Shown here: piece by piece, positions 27,569 to 38,222 of the stretch | How positions within the stretch are numbered: the stretch's first letter is position 1 | How the letters are laid out: every line of letters begins with the position of its first letter | From: an uncultured Alphaproteobacteria bacterium | GTDB lineage: Bacteria > Pseudomonadota > Alphaproteobacteria > SP197 | NCBI GenBank assembly: GCA_938048755.1 | Contig: CALIUG010000218.1 | Span: 1 to 60,823, forward strand | Direction of reading: 5' to 3' | Length of the DNA: 60,823 nt | Notes under the pieces: model-generated | What the model was told of the DNA's origin: nothing | What the model saw: only the letters and a program-made list of their open reading frames with translations | Databases searched by the model: none | Translations under genes and position numbers: made by a program

Positions 27569-28921
27569 GTGAATCTGGCCCGGCGAATCATGACCATGTT
27601 GCTGGGACCGCCTGTCGAGGGCGGCCTTCCCGATCGCGTGCAACGCCAGATCGAGCACGATCAGGCCGAAAGCGAAATCCTGATCGGCTGGGTCCAGATG
27701 GTCGGCATCGTGATGTTCGCGGCGCTCTACAGCGTCGCGCGCAAGACCTTCCCCGACGATGCCATGTTCGAACCGGTGCCCTGGGCGCTGGGTGCCTATT
27801 TCGGGTTCACGCTCCTGCGTCTGGGACTGGCCTATGCCCACCGGCTCCCGGCCTGGATGATCGTCATCTCCATCGTGGTCGACATGGTGGTGCTTCTGGT
27901 GACGATCTGGAGTTTTCACATCCAGTACATGCAGCCGCCGGGCTTTTCGCTCAAGGGCCCGACGATGCTCTATATCTTCGGGCTGATCGCCCTGCGCGCC
28001 CTGCGCTTCGATCCCCGTTATGTCGCCATGGCCGGTGCCGTGGCGGTGGTCGGCTGGCTGGTCATGCTGGCCAACGCCATCCTGATCGATTCTGAACCCA
28101 GCGCGATCACACAGGACTACATCCATTATCTCTCCTCCAGCGACATCCTGATCGGCGGGGAGATGGACAAGATTCTCTCCATCATCCTGGTGACGGCCGT
28201 GCTGGTGATCGCGCTGACTCGTGCGCGCAAACAGCTCATCCGGTCGGTGTCGGAAAGCCAGGCGGCAGAAGACCTCTCGCGTTTTTTCTCGCCCGAGATT
28301 GCCGAGAAGATCACCCACAGCCAGGACATCGTGAAGCCGGGCGAGGGCGTGCTGCGGGAAGCCGCCATCCTGTTCATCGACCTGCGCGGATTTACGGCAC
28401 TCTCCCAGCGTATCGGACCGAACCAGACCGTGGACATGCTCTCGCGTTATCAGCGCGTCGTGGTGCCCGCGGTGCAGGCCCATGGCGGGGCGATCGACAA
28501 GTTCATGGGCGACGGCGTCATGGCAACCTTCGGGGCCGCCAACGCCACCGACACCTTTGCTGCCGATGCGCTTGCCGCCGCGCTGGAAATCGATGCCAAG
28601 ATGACCGCTTGGAACGCGCGCCGCGCCGCGCGCGAACAGCGCCTGCTCGCCTGGGGCATGGGCCTTGCCACCGGCACGGTGGTGTTCGGCGCGGTGGGTG
28701 ACGAAACCCGGCTGGAATACACCGTCATCGGCGATGCCGTGAATCTGGCGGCCAAGCTGGAAAAACACTGCAAGACCCGCGGTGCCCGCCTGTCGGTCAC
28801 CAACGACGCCCTCATCCTGGCCCAGCGCCAGGGCTTTGCCGGTCACGACCTGACGATCGAGGAACTGGTCAGGGTCGAAGGCGTCGCGGTCGACATGGAT
28901 GTCGGCATCCTTCCGGCATAG
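27569..28921 (+). CDS. Membrane-bound class III adenylate/guanylate cyclase
   Basis: Multiple N-terminal TM helices, ILFIDLRGFT, IDKFMGDGVMA, YTVIGDAVNLAAK. Confidence 0.92.
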   Translation: MNLARRIMTMLLGPPVEGGLPDRVQRQIEHDQAESEILIGWVQMVGIVMFAALYSVARKTFPDDAMFEPVPWALGAYFGFTLLRLGLAYAHRLPAWMIVISIVVDMVVLLVTIWSFHIQYMQPPGFSLKGPTMLYIFGLIALRALRFDPRYVAMAGAVAVVGWLVMLANAILIDSEPSAITQDYIHYLSSSDILIGGEMDKILSIILVTAVLVIALTRARKQLIRSVSESQAAEDLSRFFSPEIAEKITHSQDIVKPGEGVLREAAILFIDLRGFTALSQRIGPNQTVDMLSRYQRVVVPAVQAHGGAIDKFMGDGVMATFGAANATDTFAADALAAALEIDAKMTAWNARRAAREQRLLAWGMGLATGTVVFGAVGDETRLEYTVIGDAVNLAAKLEKHCKTRGARLSVTNDALILAQRQGFAGHDLTIEELVRVEGVAVDMDVGILPA

Positions 28922-28930
28922 ACTTGCCCC

Positions 28931-29206
28931 ATGGATATCTGGCTGCTTCTTTCCATTGGCGGCATGCTTGCGGTCGTCGGCTTCAGCATCTGGCATGCGG
29001 TGCGTGACAGGAGCCCTTCTGAGGTTGTTGCAGGACTGGTCGGCGCGATCGGCATGGAATTGCTGGGCCTGGCCGCGATCATCTTTTTTGTCGGCGGCGC
29101 CCTTTTTGTGATTCTGCTCACCGGCGGTGGCCCTGCGGTTGGCCTGATCGCGGTCCCCATCATCGTGCTTGTTCTGGGCATCATCCTCTGGCGCCTCCGC
29201 CACTGA
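28931..29206 (+). CDS. Small hydrophobic membrane protein
   Basis: 91 aa, about three TM segments, 9 bp after the cyclase stop. Confidence 0.6.
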   Translation: MDIWLLLSIGGMLAVVGFSIWHAVRDRSPSEVVAGLVGAIGMELLGLAAIIFFVGGALFVILLTGGGPAVGLIAVPIIVLVLGIILWRLRH

Positions 29207-29269
29207 TCGCTTCCACGCGCCCGGCCCCCGCCGCTATGGTGGGGCCTGACAATCAAGGCGGAGAAGACC

Positions 29270-30076
29270 ATGCGACTCAAGGGCAAGGTGGCGCTGATCA
29301 CGGGCGGGAATTCAGGCATTGGGCGTGGCATCGTTGCGCGGTTCGTGGCCGAAGGGGCTGCCGTGGCGATCGTTGCGCGGAATGCTGAAAAAGGTCAGGC
29401 GGTGCTGGCGGAGGAACAGGCCAGGGGTGCGGATGCCGCGTTCTTTTCCTGCGACCTTTCGGTCGAGTCCGAGGTCAAGGCGATGGTTGCCGACGTCGTC
29501 GCGCGTTTCGGGAAGATCGACATTCTCATCAACAATGCCGGTGTGGGCGGCCGGCGTGCCGGGGTCGAAGACAGCGACCCGCCGGGCGTGCGCTGGGACA
29601 AGCTGCGCGGCCCCAATCTGGATGCGCCCTGGTTCGCCAGCGCCTATGCCATGCCCCACCTGATTGAAACCAAAGGCAGCATCGTATGCACCTCATCCAC
29701 CGCCACATGGCACGGCAACTGGGGCACCTATGGCATCGCCAAGGCCGGGGTCGAGGCGCTGGTGAGGAGCTTTGCTGCCGAAGGCGGACCCCATGGTGTG
29801 CGCTGCAACGGTGTCTCGCCGGGCTGGATCGCGACCGAACGCGATGCCGAAGCACCTCCATCGGGCGGTGGTGACTGGGCCCTTCCGCCTTCGGCCTTCA
29901 ACCGCATGGGAACCCCTGCAGAGATCGCGGCGGCCGTGCTTTTTCTGGCGAGCGACGAAGCCAGCTTCGTTACCGGCCAGACCCTGATTGTCGATGGCGG
30001 ACTGATGGTGCTCGATTATCCCTCCATGGACATGCTCAAGGACGCGGGTCCGGGCATGATGTCGGCGAACCGCTGA
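29270..30076 (+). CDS. SDR-family NAD(P)-dependent oxidoreductase
   Basis: TGGNSGIG, NNAG, YGIAK, RMGTPAEIA, GQTLIVDGG. Confidence 0.92.
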   Translation: MRLKGKVALITGGNSGIGRGIVARFVAEGAAVAIVARNAEKGQAVLAEEQARGADAAFFSCDLSVESEVKAMVADVVARFGKIDILINNAGVGGRRAGVEDSDPPGVRWDKLRGPNLDAPWFASAYAMPHLIETKGSIVCTSSTATWHGNWGTYGIAKAGVEALVRSFAAEGGPHGVRCNGVSPGWIATERDAEAPPSGGGDWALPPSAFNRMGTPAEIAAAVLFLASDEASFVTGQTLIVDGGLMVLDYPSMDMLKDAGPGMMSANR

Positions 30077-30158
30077 TGCCCAATCAGGTAGGACGGTGGC
30101 CGGTTCACGCCTTGGTGAATCGGCTTGCCAGACAGGCGCTGTGCGCCACAATGGCGGT

Positions 30159-30455
30159 ATGAACGACGCCACCATCATCTTTCTTGGTTGCCTTGCCGTG
30201 ATCGCCGTCAGCATCTGGATGGTGTTCTTCAAGGCGCGCATCCCGATTCCTGAGAACCTGCCGCGCGGCGTGACCCGCTTCACGCTGGAGGTGCTCAACG
30301 ACTGGCTGCGGTTGTTCGGCGGCCTGACCGGCTGTGTCGGCCTGCCCATGGCGCTTGCCCTGGCGCTCGCTGTGCTGTGGGGCGGCATGACCCCCTGGCA
30401 CTTCGTCGGCGCCATGCTGATGTTCGTGCTGATGATCGTGTGGCGGATGCGCTAG
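30159..30455 (+). CDS. Small hypothetical membrane protein
   Basis: 98 aa with three hydrophobic segments. Confidence 0.55.
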   Translation: MNDATIIFLGCLAVIAVSIWMVFFKARIPIPENLPRGVTRFTLEVLNDWLRLFGGLTGCVGLPMALALALAVLWGGMTPWHFVGAMLMFVLMIVWRMR

Positions 30456-30472
30456 GCGGCTCTGCCACTTTC

Positions 30473-30629
30473 CGTCGTCACCCGGCCTGACCGGGTGATC
30501 CATCCCTGAGTCTCACACCGCTCGCAGACAAGGCGTTCCATCTGCCCTCGTATTGCGCCCAGGGTTCATCCTTCTGCATGCGTGAAACGGCTACGGGATG
30601 GATGGCCCGATCAAGTGGGGCCAAGACGA
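30473..30629. repeat. REP-like palindrome, family B (GTCA..CCCGGCYTGACCGGG..ATCCA ... TGGATGGCCCGATCAAG..GGCCA.GAC)
   Basis: Between convergent genes. Similar ends at 60384-60533. Confidence 0.75.
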
Positions 30630-30651
30630 AAAGCAGGGCGTTGCTGTGCTG

Positions 30652-31827
30652 CTACTTGTACGGGTCAGCGGCGTCGCGCAGGCCGTCGCCCAGGAAGTTG
30701 AAGGCCAGCACGACGATGATCACCGGTACCACGGGCAGCATCAGCCAGGGGTAGAGGGCGACGACGTTGATGTTCTGGGCTTCGTTCAGCAGCACGCCCC
30801 AGCTGGTGATCGGCGGGCGCAGGCCCAGGCCCAGGAACGAGAGGGCGGTCTCGCCCAGGATCATGCTGGGGATCGAGAGCGTGGCCGAGGCGATCAGATG
30901 GCTGGTGAAGCTTGGCATCAGATGGCGGAAGATGACGCGCTTGGGTTTGGCGCCCATCAGCACGGCCGCGGTGGCGAAGTCTTCCTCGCGCAGGGCCAGC
31001 AGCTTGGAGCGCACGGCGCGCGCAAGCCCGGTCCAGTCGAACAGGCCCAGAATGATGGTGATGCCGAAATAGACCCAGATCGGACTCCAGGTCACCGGCA
31101 GGCTGGCCGAGAGCGCCATCCACAAGGGCAGTTCGGGGAAGCTGCGGATGATCTCGATCAGGCGCTGCACGGCAGAATCGATCCAGCCGCCGTAATAGCC
31201 CGAGAGACCGCCCAGAATGACCCCCAGCAGGAAGCTGATGGCGATGCCGATCAGGCCGACGGTGAGCGAAATCCGCGCGCCGTAGAGAATGCGCGAAAGC
31301 ATGTCGCGGCCCAGCCTGTCGGTCCCCAGAAGGAACAGCGTGCCGTCCTCTGCCGGGCAGATGATGTGGAAGCTACCTTCGATCATGCCCCAGAATTCGT
31401 AATCATCGCCCAGGCAGAAGAAGCGGATGGGCTGCACCTGCTCCTTGTTGGCCGTGTAGACGCGCTCCAGCGTTTCCATGTCCAGGCGGTAGTCGAAGCC
31501 ATAGACAAACGGGCGCACCAGCTCGCCCTCGTGGAAGATGCGCACCATCTGGGGCGGGGCATAAAGGAAGTCGGTGTTGCGTGAATGCAGGTTGTAGGGT
31601 GCCAGGATCTCCGAGATCAGGATCGATCCGAAGGTCATGATCAGCAGCACGCCCGACCAGACCGCAAGCTTGTGGCGGCGGAACTTCCACCACATCAGCG
31701 TCCACTGGTTGGCCAGATAGAACTTTTCCTGGGCCGGGGTCAGCACCTCGACCGCGTTGGCGTCCCAGGGCTCCTCGTTGACGTAACGCGGGATGTTGCC
31801 CGATGTGTTGGGTGTCGTGTCGGTCAT
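30652..31827 (-). CDS. Peptide/nickel ABC transporter permease (DppC/OppC-like)
   Basis: LLGTDRLGRDMLSR, EAA loop REEDFATAAVLMGA. Confidence 0.92.
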   Translation of the reverse strand: MTDTTPNTSGNIPRYVNEEPWDANAVEVLTPAQEKFYLANQWTLMWWKFRRHKLAVWSGVLLIMTFGSILISEILAPYNLHSRNTDFLYAPPQMVRIFHEGELVRPFVYGFDYRLDMETLERVYTANKEQVQPIRFFCLGDDYEFWGMIEGSFHIICPAEDGTLFLLGTDRLGRDMLSRILYGARISLTVGLIGIAISFLLGVILGGLSGYYGGWIDSAVQRLIEIIRSFPELPLWMALSASLPVTWSPIWVYFGITIILGLFDWTGLARAVRSKLLALREEDFATAAVLMGAKPKRVIFRHLMPSFTSHLIASATLSIPSMILGETALSFLGLGLRPPITSWGVLLNEAQNINVVALYPWLMLPVVPVIIVVLAFNFLGDGLRDAADPYK

Positions 31828-31828
31828 G

Positions 31829-32827
31829 TCAGTGCCCCGCTCCCCCGGCGAGCCGGATCCGGGGGTCGAGCACGGCCAGCAGCAGGTCGGAGATCAGCAC
31901 GCCGATCACGGTCAGGAAGGCCAGGCACATCAGGAACGAGCCGGCCAGGAACATGTCCTGGGTCTGGAGCGCGCGCAGCAGGATGGGGCCGGTGGTCGGC
32001 AGCGACAGCACGACCGAAACGATCACCGCGCCGGAAATCACCTGGGGCAGCAGGTTGCCGATATCGGCGATGAAGGGGTTGAGCGCCATGCGCAGCGGGT
32101 ACTTCACCAGCGCCTTGCCGGGCGAAAGGCCCTTGGCGCGTGCCGTCACGACATACTGCTTCTGGAGTTCATCCAGCAGGTTGGCGCGCAGACGCCGGAT
32201 CAGGCCCGCCGTGCCGGACGTGCCGATCACGACAACGGGAATCCACAGATGTTCCAGGATCGAGACGAACTTGCCCCAGGTCCAGGGCTGATCGACATAT
32301 TGCGGGTCCATCAGACCGCCGATCGATGTTCCGAACCAGACATTCGCCAGGAACAGCATGACCAGCGCGAGCAGGAAGTTGGGCGTGGCAAGGCCCAGGA
32401 ACCCCAGCAGGGTGAGCCCGTGATCGCCCCAGGAATACTGGTGGGTGGCCGAATAGACGCCGATCGGGAAGGCCACGATCCAGGTGAAGATGATCGTCGA
32501 ACCAGCCACGATGATGGTGAGGTAGAGGCTCTCGCCGATCACTTCGGCCACCGGCTTGTTGTATTCGAAGCTGATGCCCATGTTGCCTTGCAGCAGATCG
32601 CTCACCCAGATCAGGTATTGCTGCCAGACCGGCTTATCCAGGCCGAATTCCTCGGTCAGCACGGCAACCTGTTCCTTGCAGCTCGATTCCCCCTGGGCTT
32701 CACACTCGGCGATCATGGTCGAGAGGAAGTCGCCGGGCGGTAGCTGAATGATGATGAACGTGATCAGGCTGATGCCGATCAGCGTGGGCACCATCAGCAT
32801 GATGCGGTGTGCGAGATAACCGATCAT
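31829..32827 (-). CDS. Peptide/nickel ABC transporter permease (DppB/OppB-like)
   Basis: FGLDKPVWQQY, YVVTARAKGL, SGAVIV. Confidence 0.92.
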   Translation of the reverse strand: MIGYLAHRIMLMVPTLIGISLITFIIIQLPPGDFLSTMIAECEAQGESSCKEQVAVLTEEFGLDKPVWQQYLIWVSDLLQGNMGISFEYNKPVAEVIGESLYLTIIVAGSTIIFTWIVAFPIGVYSATHQYSWGDHGLTLLGFLGLATPNFLLALVMLFLANVWFGTSIGGLMDPQYVDQPWTWGKFVSILEHLWIPVVVIGTSGTAGLIRRLRANLLDELQKQYVVTARAKGLSPGKALVKYPLRMALNPFIADIGNLLPQVISGAVIVSVVLSLPTTGPILLRALQTQDMFLAGSFLMCLAFLTVIGVLISDLLLAVLDPRIRLAGGAGH

Positions 32828-33135
32828 GCCGCTTCTCCGGCGGCGAACAGAGGACATTCGAACGAAAGGCAGGAACGATTCTGGTGCCCGATCAAGGTCG
32901 GGACGTCAACGGCTACCCAGAGGACGTACTGTTGCCAGATCGGCTTCTCGAGGCGGTGTGCGACCTGGATGATTTCGATCTGTGCCGCGCAGTTCGATTC
33001 ACCGTGCGACTCGCATTCCGCAATCATTTTCTCAACCGGATCATCGCTGGCAAGCCTGATCGCAAACGCGATCAGGCTGACCCCGACCATGGTTGTTGCT
33101 GCGCGCGTCAGACGCTTTGCGATGGTTCGGATCAT
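32824..33135 (-). CDS. 103-aa stand-alone paralog of the DppB N-terminal domain
   Basis: MIAECESHGESNC...LEKPIWQQYVLWV vs permease MIAECEAQGESSC...LDKPVWQQYLIWV. ATGA overlaps at both ends. Confidence 0.7.
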   Translation of the reverse strand: MIRTIAKRLTRAATTMVGVSLIAFAIRLASDDPVEKMIAECESHGESNCAAQIEIIQVAHRLEKPIWQQYVLWVAVDVPTLIGHQNRSCLSFECPLFAAGEAA

Positions 33136-35036
33136 GGCCGCCCGTCCTCACCGTCGGTGTAGAAGAAGGTTTCGGGCTGGTACATGCCGAACTGCGCGCC
33201 GGGGTCCCAGTTGAAGATGCCATCGGCGGGGACGTTGTGCATGCGGTTGGTGACGACGACGGGCTGGAGCGTGCCAGCAACCAGGCCGATCGTGTAGACG
33301 CCCTCGGCATAGATCTCGAGAATCTCGTGCCAGATCTCGCTGCGGGCTTCCGGACTCTCGGCGCCGCGCCATTCTCCGTAGAGTTCCATCAGGTGCTTGG
33401 GCCCTTCCATGTCGACGGGTTCGCCTGATGCGCCGGAGGTCTCGTAATACTGGCCCCATTGCGGCCATTGCAGAAGCTGCTGGCTGGTCGGTGCATATTC
33501 GGCCGGGCTCATCTCGGAGGTCGGCAGGCCGTTCTCCGAGCCGAACGAGATCGCCATCACGGTTTCACCGGCAAAGATGCGGTTCCTCAGCACTTCGCGT
33601 TGCAGGGGTTTGGAGAAGACCTTGACGCCGGCTTCCAGCCAGGAATCGTGGATCAGCTCCAGAATGTCGGTTTCCTCGGGATCTTCGCCCGCGGTTTCCA
33701 CGATGATCTGCAGCGGGCGGCCGTCTGGCAGCAGGCGCAGGCCCTGACTGTCTCGTTCCGTCAGGCCCATCTCGTCGAGCAGACGGTTGGCTTCGTCAAG
33801 ATCAAAGGCGGCATAGGCGTCGCGGTAACCGGCTTCGTAAAGCGGTGAGGCTGGTAGCACCGTGTTCTGACCCTCGATGCCCAGGCCGTAATAGATCACC
33901 TGGTTGATCTCGTGGCGGTTGATCGCCAGCGACAGGGCGCGGCGGAAGCGGACGTCGCGCAGAACCTCGCGCCAGACCGGGTCGGAGACATTGAGGTTGG
34001 GGAACAGGGCAAGCTGGCTGCCGCGTGCGGTGCGCCACAGATTGACCGTGTAGTCGTTGTGCTCCTCGCCCTCCTTCAGGAAGGTGTAGTCGCTGAACGC
34101 CAGGCCGCGTGCCTGCAGGTCGGATTCGCCGGCCCAGGTCTTGAGCGGGATGAGCTTGGAATCGACCACGTTCATGAAGATCCGGTCGATATAGGGAAGC
34201 TGCTGACCCGCCGCATCGACCTTGTAGTAATAGGCATTGCGCTCGCCGATGAAACGCTGCGCCGGCGCCTCGGTCGTGATCGTCCAGGGCTGCAGCGTCG
34301 GCAGTTCGGGATTGTCGAACTTGTACATGTTGTCGACGGCGTTATGGAGCGAAGCCCAGCTTGTCTTGCCTTCCTCCTCGACCCACGCTTCGATCTGGGC
34401 CGTGTCGCCATGTTCGATGTGATACTGCTTCATGAAATGCGCAGGCCGGTAGATGAAGAGCGGCGCTGCGCTGGCCAGCACGGGCAGGAAGTCGGGATTG
34501 GGTGCGTGCCAGGTGTAACGCACCGTGGTCTCGTCGATGACCTCGAACACCGGTGGCTGGTCGTCGACCATCAGCAGGGTCGGCGGGCCCGCAGGGGCGA
34601 GTTCCTCGTTGTTGGCGACATCCTCCCACCAGTAGCGGAAGTCCTCGGAGGTGAACGGTTCGCCATCCGACCAGCGATGGCCCTCGCGAAGGTGGAAGGT
34701 GAAGATGCGGCCTTCCTCGACCTCATAGGATTCCAGGATGTCGGGAAGGATCTCCAGCTCGGTGTTGTAGGCCACCAGGCGGGCATAACCGAATACGACC
34801 AGCAGGCGGGTATCGCGGCTGCGGTTGATCAGCATGTTCCAGTTGCCGCCGTAGACACCGATTTCGCGGCCATCGTCCACGACATGGGGATTGTCGGGCA
34901 GGCGCTCGGCCATCGGCGGCATGATCACGGTATCGACCAGGGGCTGCCAATAGGGCACCTCGGTTGCCTGAGCAGCTGCCAGGTTCGGGGTTGCGCCGGC
35001 AATCAGGGCGGCTGCCAGGATCAGGCGTCGGATCAT
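33132..35036 (-). CDS. ABC transporter substrate-binding protein (family 5)
   Basis: Signal peptide [40 protein letters not shown]. Confidence 0.92.
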   Translation of the reverse strand: MIRRLILAAALIAGATPNLAAAQATEVPYWQPLVDTVIMPPMAERLPDNPHVVDDGREIGVYGGNWNMLINRSRDTRLLVVFGYARLVAYNTELEILPDILESYEVEEGRIFTFHLREGHRWSDGEPFTSEDFRYWWEDVANNEELAPAGPPTLLMVDDQPPVFEVIDETTVRYTWHAPNPDFLPVLASAAPLFIYRPAHFMKQYHIEHGDTAQIEAWVEEEGKTSWASLHNAVDNMYKFDNPELPTLQPWTITTEAPAQRFIGERNAYYYKVDAAGQQLPYIDRIFMNVVDSKLIPLKTWAGESDLQARGLAFSDYTFLKEGEEHNDYTVNLWRTARGSQLALFPNLNVSDPVWREVLRDVRFRRALSLAINRHEINQVIYYGLGIEGQNTVLPASPLYEAGYRDAYAAFDLDEANRLLDEMGLTERDSQGLRLLPDGRPLQIIVETAGEDPEETDILELIHDSWLEAGVKVFSKPLQREVLRNRIFAGETVMAISFGSENGLPTSEMSPAEYAPTSQQLLQWPQWGQYYETSGASGEPVDMEGPKHLMELYGEWRGAESPEARSEIWHEILEIYAEGVYTIGLVAGTLQPVVVTNRMHNVPADGIFNWDPGAQFGMYQPETFFYTDGEDGRP

Positions 35037-36913
35037 GCCGCGATCCCTTCCGGCTTTGCGCTGGCGCGCACGAAATGGCCGTTGCCCAGATCGATCATCT
35101 GCAGGGTCGAGCCCTCCGCAACCGTGAAAGGCTCGGGCCAAGCCGAGGGAATCGAGGCGCGGCCCGCCATCAGGGCGGTCAGGTCCAGCTTGCGGTCGGG
35201 GTTGGGCTCGGGCACGGCCGCCAGCAGGGCCTTGGTATAGGGGTGCACCGGATTCTTGAAGATGTCCTCGCGGCTGGCCTGTTCGACCAGACGTCCCGAA
35301 CACATCACGGCAATGCGGTCGGCCATGTAGTCGATGACCGCCAGGTTGTGCGAGATGAAGAGGTAGGTGAGTCCCAGTTCCTTCTGCAGGTCTTTCAGAA
35401 GGTTCAGGATCTGCGCCTGGATCGAGACATCCAGCGCACTGACCGGCTCGTCGCAGATCAGCAGTTCTGGCTCCAGCGCCAGGGCGCGGGCAATGCCGAT
35501 CCTCTGACGCTGCCCGCCGGAGAAGCTGTGGGGATAGCGGCGCAGATGGCGCACATCCAGGCCGACCAGACGCATCAGTTCCATGGCGCGCTCGGCGCGT
35601 TCGGCAGGGGTGCCGATCTTGTGGATCACCAGGGGCTCGGAAATGATGTCGAACACCGTCATGCGCGGGTTCAGCGATCCGAAGGGATCCTGGAAGATGA
35701 ACTGCACCTTGCGGCGGTAATCGAACAGCTTGTCGCCTTCCAGTGCGGCGATATCGACCGGTGTGCCCCGGTCGTTGAAGGTCACCGTGCCGGAATCGGG
35801 CGTCAGTGCCTTCATGATCATCTTGCTGGTCGTGGTCTTGCCGCAGCCTGACTCACCCACCAGACCCAGGCATTCGCCGCGGCGCACGTCAAAGCTGATG
35901 TCATCAACCGCCAGGTGCTGGGTTGATCCGCGCGCCAGCCAGCCCTTGTTGCGCACGCTGAAGGTCTTGGTCAGATGCTCGATGGTCAGCATCCGGTCAT
36001 CGGCGCCTTCGGGCCAGGCTTCGCGTTCCGGGCGTTTCAGGGCGGACCGGTCCTGCTTGATCTCGCGCAGCGGGATCAGGCGTTCGCCGGGTTTCATGTC
36101 GAACCGCGGCACCGCAGCCAAAAGACCCTTCAGATAGGGATGACGCGGATCACCGAAGATGTCCCGCAGACCGCCCTGCTCCATGACCTCGCCGTGGTAC
36201 ATCACGACCACGTCCTCGGCGACATTGGCCACCACGCCCAGATCATGGGTGATCATCAGCACGGCCATGCCCAGTTCGGCCTGCAGATCGGCAATCAGCT
36301 TCAGAATCTGCGCCTGGATCGTGACATCCAGCGCCGTGGTCGGCTCGTCGGCAATCAGCAGGCTGGGGCGGCAGACCAGCGCCATGGAGATCATGGCGCG
36401 CTGACGCAATCCGCCGGAGAGTTCAAAGGGATAGGCGCGCCAGGCCTTTTCCGGATCGGGGAACCCGACCAGGCGCAACATCTCGACCGTCAGTTCCTTG
36501 GCCTCGGGCTTGGAACAATTGCGATGGAGCAGAAGCGCCTCGCCCACCTGATCGCCCACGGTATGGAGCGGTGAAAGCGAGGTCATGGGTTCCTGGAAGA
36601 TGATCGAGATGCTGCCGCCACGGATCTGGCGCATCATCTTGCCGTCGGCGGGAAGCGCTACCAGATCGACCGGCGCGTCGTCGGGTTTTGCCGGGTCGTT
36701 GAACAGAACCTGGCCGCCCGTGATCTCGGCGTTCTGCGGCAGAATGCGCATCAGGGTCTGGGAAATGACGGTCTTGCCCGAACCGGATTCACCGACCAGG
36801 GCCAGCGTCCGGCCGGCAGGAATGGCAAAGCTGACGCCCTTGACGGCCTGCACTGCACCGTCGCCCACCAGGAACTGCACCCTGAGATCGCGGATATCGA
36901 CCAGCGGCGTCAT
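35033..36913 (-). CDS. Peptide ABC transporter ATP-binding protein, two fused NBDs (DppD/F-like)
   Basis: GESGSGKT / [16 protein letters not shown] / [11 protein letters not shown] motifs. Confidence 0.93.
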   Translation of the reverse strand: MTPLVDIRDLRVQFLVGDGAVQAVKGVSFAIPAGRTLALVGESGSGKTVISQTLMRILPQNAEITGGQVLFNDPAKPDDAPVDLVALPADGKMMRQIRGGSISIIFQEPMTSLSPLHTVGDQVGEALLLHRNCSKPEAKELTVEMLRLVGFPDPEKAWRAYPFELSGGLRQRAMISMALVCRPSLLIADEPTTALDVTIQAQILKLIADLQAELGMAVLMITHDLGVVANVAEDVVVMYHGEVMEQGGLRDIFGDPRHPYLKGLLAAVPRFDMKPGERLIPLREIKQDRSALKRPEREAWPEGADDRMLTIEHLTKTFSVRNKGWLARGSTQHLAVDDISFDVRRGECLGLVGESGCGKTTTSKMIMKALTPDSGTVTFNDRGTPVDIAALEGDKLFDYRRKVQFIFQDPFGSLNPRMTVFDIISEPLVIHKIGTPAERAERAMELMRLVGLDVRHLRRYPHSFSGGQRQRIGIARALALEPELLICDEPVSALDVSIQAQILNLLKDLQKELGLTYLFISHNLAVIDYMADRIAVMCSGRLVEQASREDIFKNPVHPYTKALLAAVPEPNPDRKLDLTALMAGRASIPSAWPEPFTVAEGSTLQMIDLGNGHFVRASAKPEGIAA

Positions 36914-37473
36914 AGGTGATCGTCCGGCATGGTGCCCTGGCGCACGGCAAAGCCCATGGCGTCCAGATTGGCGAGCGTAACATCGTTCAGCGGCAATTCT
37001 CGGTCCTGGGCAGCCTCCATGGCAATCGCCACGACGGTATCAAATCCGTCGAGTGATGAATCCACCGTGATGGTGTTGCCCGTGCCCCGCAACTTCAGCT
37101 CCATCCAACTCTTCGACCCCGAAAGGTCCATACTGCCGCCATATCGATTCCGACGCATGGAATAGAAAGCAAGTTTCATTCCGGAAAGCTCTGACCAGCC
37201 TATGGTGCGCGCCAGCGGCCCCAGCGTTCTGATGCCGTTGGCCGAGATTTCAACACTGGTCATGTTTTTTACCAGCGTGCGCAAGCCGAAGACCGTAAAA
37301 ACCGCCCCGATAGCCAGAAGGATGTAGACCAAGACGCTGACAACCTCAATGAGGAGCAGCGGCGTGAAACAAATCAGCGCGCCCGCACCTGCACGGATGT
37401 AGTCACCCATCAGGACCTTTGTGTCATAGCGATGCAGGCTGGATTGATTCAAGACGGACTTCCGGCGGAACAA
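36910..37473 (-). CDS. Hypothetical membrane protein (two TM helices plus a soluble domain)
   Basis: Stop overlaps the ABC ATPase start. True start is probably downstream (~37446 or 37410). Confidence 0.7.
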   Translation of the reverse strand: MFRRKSVLNQSSLHRYDTKVLMGDYIRAGAGALICFTPLLLIEVVSVLVYILLAIGAVFTVFGLRTLVKNMTSVEISANGIRTLGPLARTIGWSELSGMKLAFYSMRRNRYGGSMDLSGSKSWMELKLRGTGNTITVDSSLDGFDTVVAIAMEAAQDRELPLNDVTLANLDAMGFAVRQGTMPDDHL

Positions 37474-38222
37474 AACACGTCGGACGCATCAAGCCACCGC
37501 GCCCGGGGATGATCGCGCACGAATGCGACAAATCTGTCAACAAAGGAACGCGTTTGGGCATCATGCACCCGATGATGGGTCATCATGCCGGTCGGTTCAC
37601 CGGCATCGGCCCCACCGCATCTGCGTGCCCGCAGGTGGTGGACGGCAGCCCTCAGGCACGGCGATTCGCCCGCAAACTCGCGCCCCGCCTTCCAGTTGAT
37701 AAGGTCGAGATGGACATTGGTCTGATGCAATCCCGACCGGATTGCCGTCTTGCGCGGCCCCAGGGTGGAAAGGCCCGTGAACCCCGCCTTGCCGAGCGCG
37801 ACCTCCACAGCCGGGTCGATTCGATTCCAGGGTGGCACCATGACCGGCAGGAATCGGGCGCCCAGGGTCGATTCCAGATGTGCCCTGCCGTTTGCCATCG
37901 CGTCAGCCAGGCCCGCAGACAGAGCCTCGTCACACAATTCCATCTTGCGCCGGTCGCCCTGTGTCCGGTCGGTGTGGCTGACACCATGCTGCAGGACGCG
38001 GCAGCCCGAATCGGCGGCCAGGGCGTCAGCAGATCGTGCCTCCAGCCAATCGGGCACCGTGGCCAGGGCCAGGGGAACGTCCAGTGCCTGACGCTGCGCC
38101 AGAAAACCATCCAGAAGGCCATCATCGGGCCCGGCATCGTCATCACGCCACCAGAACGTCGCGGGCTGGCTCTCGCTATCCCACTGGTCCAGTTCGTCGC
38201 TCAGGGTTTCCCAGTCAGACAT
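37449..38222 (-). CDS. Polysaccharide deacetylase-like (NodB/CE4-type) protein
   Basis: WWRDDDA, LQHGVSH, VPPWNRI, MTHH. Confidence 0.8.
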   Translation of the reverse strand: MSDWETLSDELDQWDSESQPATFWWRDDDAGPDDGLLDGFLAQRQALDVPLALATVPDWLEARSADALAADSGCRVLQHGVSHTDRTQGDRRKMELCDEALSAGLADAMANGRAHLESTLGARFLPVMVPPWNRIDPAVEVALGKAGFTGLSTLGPRKTAIRSGLHQTNVHLDLINWKAGREFAGESPCLRAAVHHLRARRCGGADAGEPTGMMTHHRVHDAQTRSFVDRFVAFVRDHPRARWLDASDVFCSAGSPS

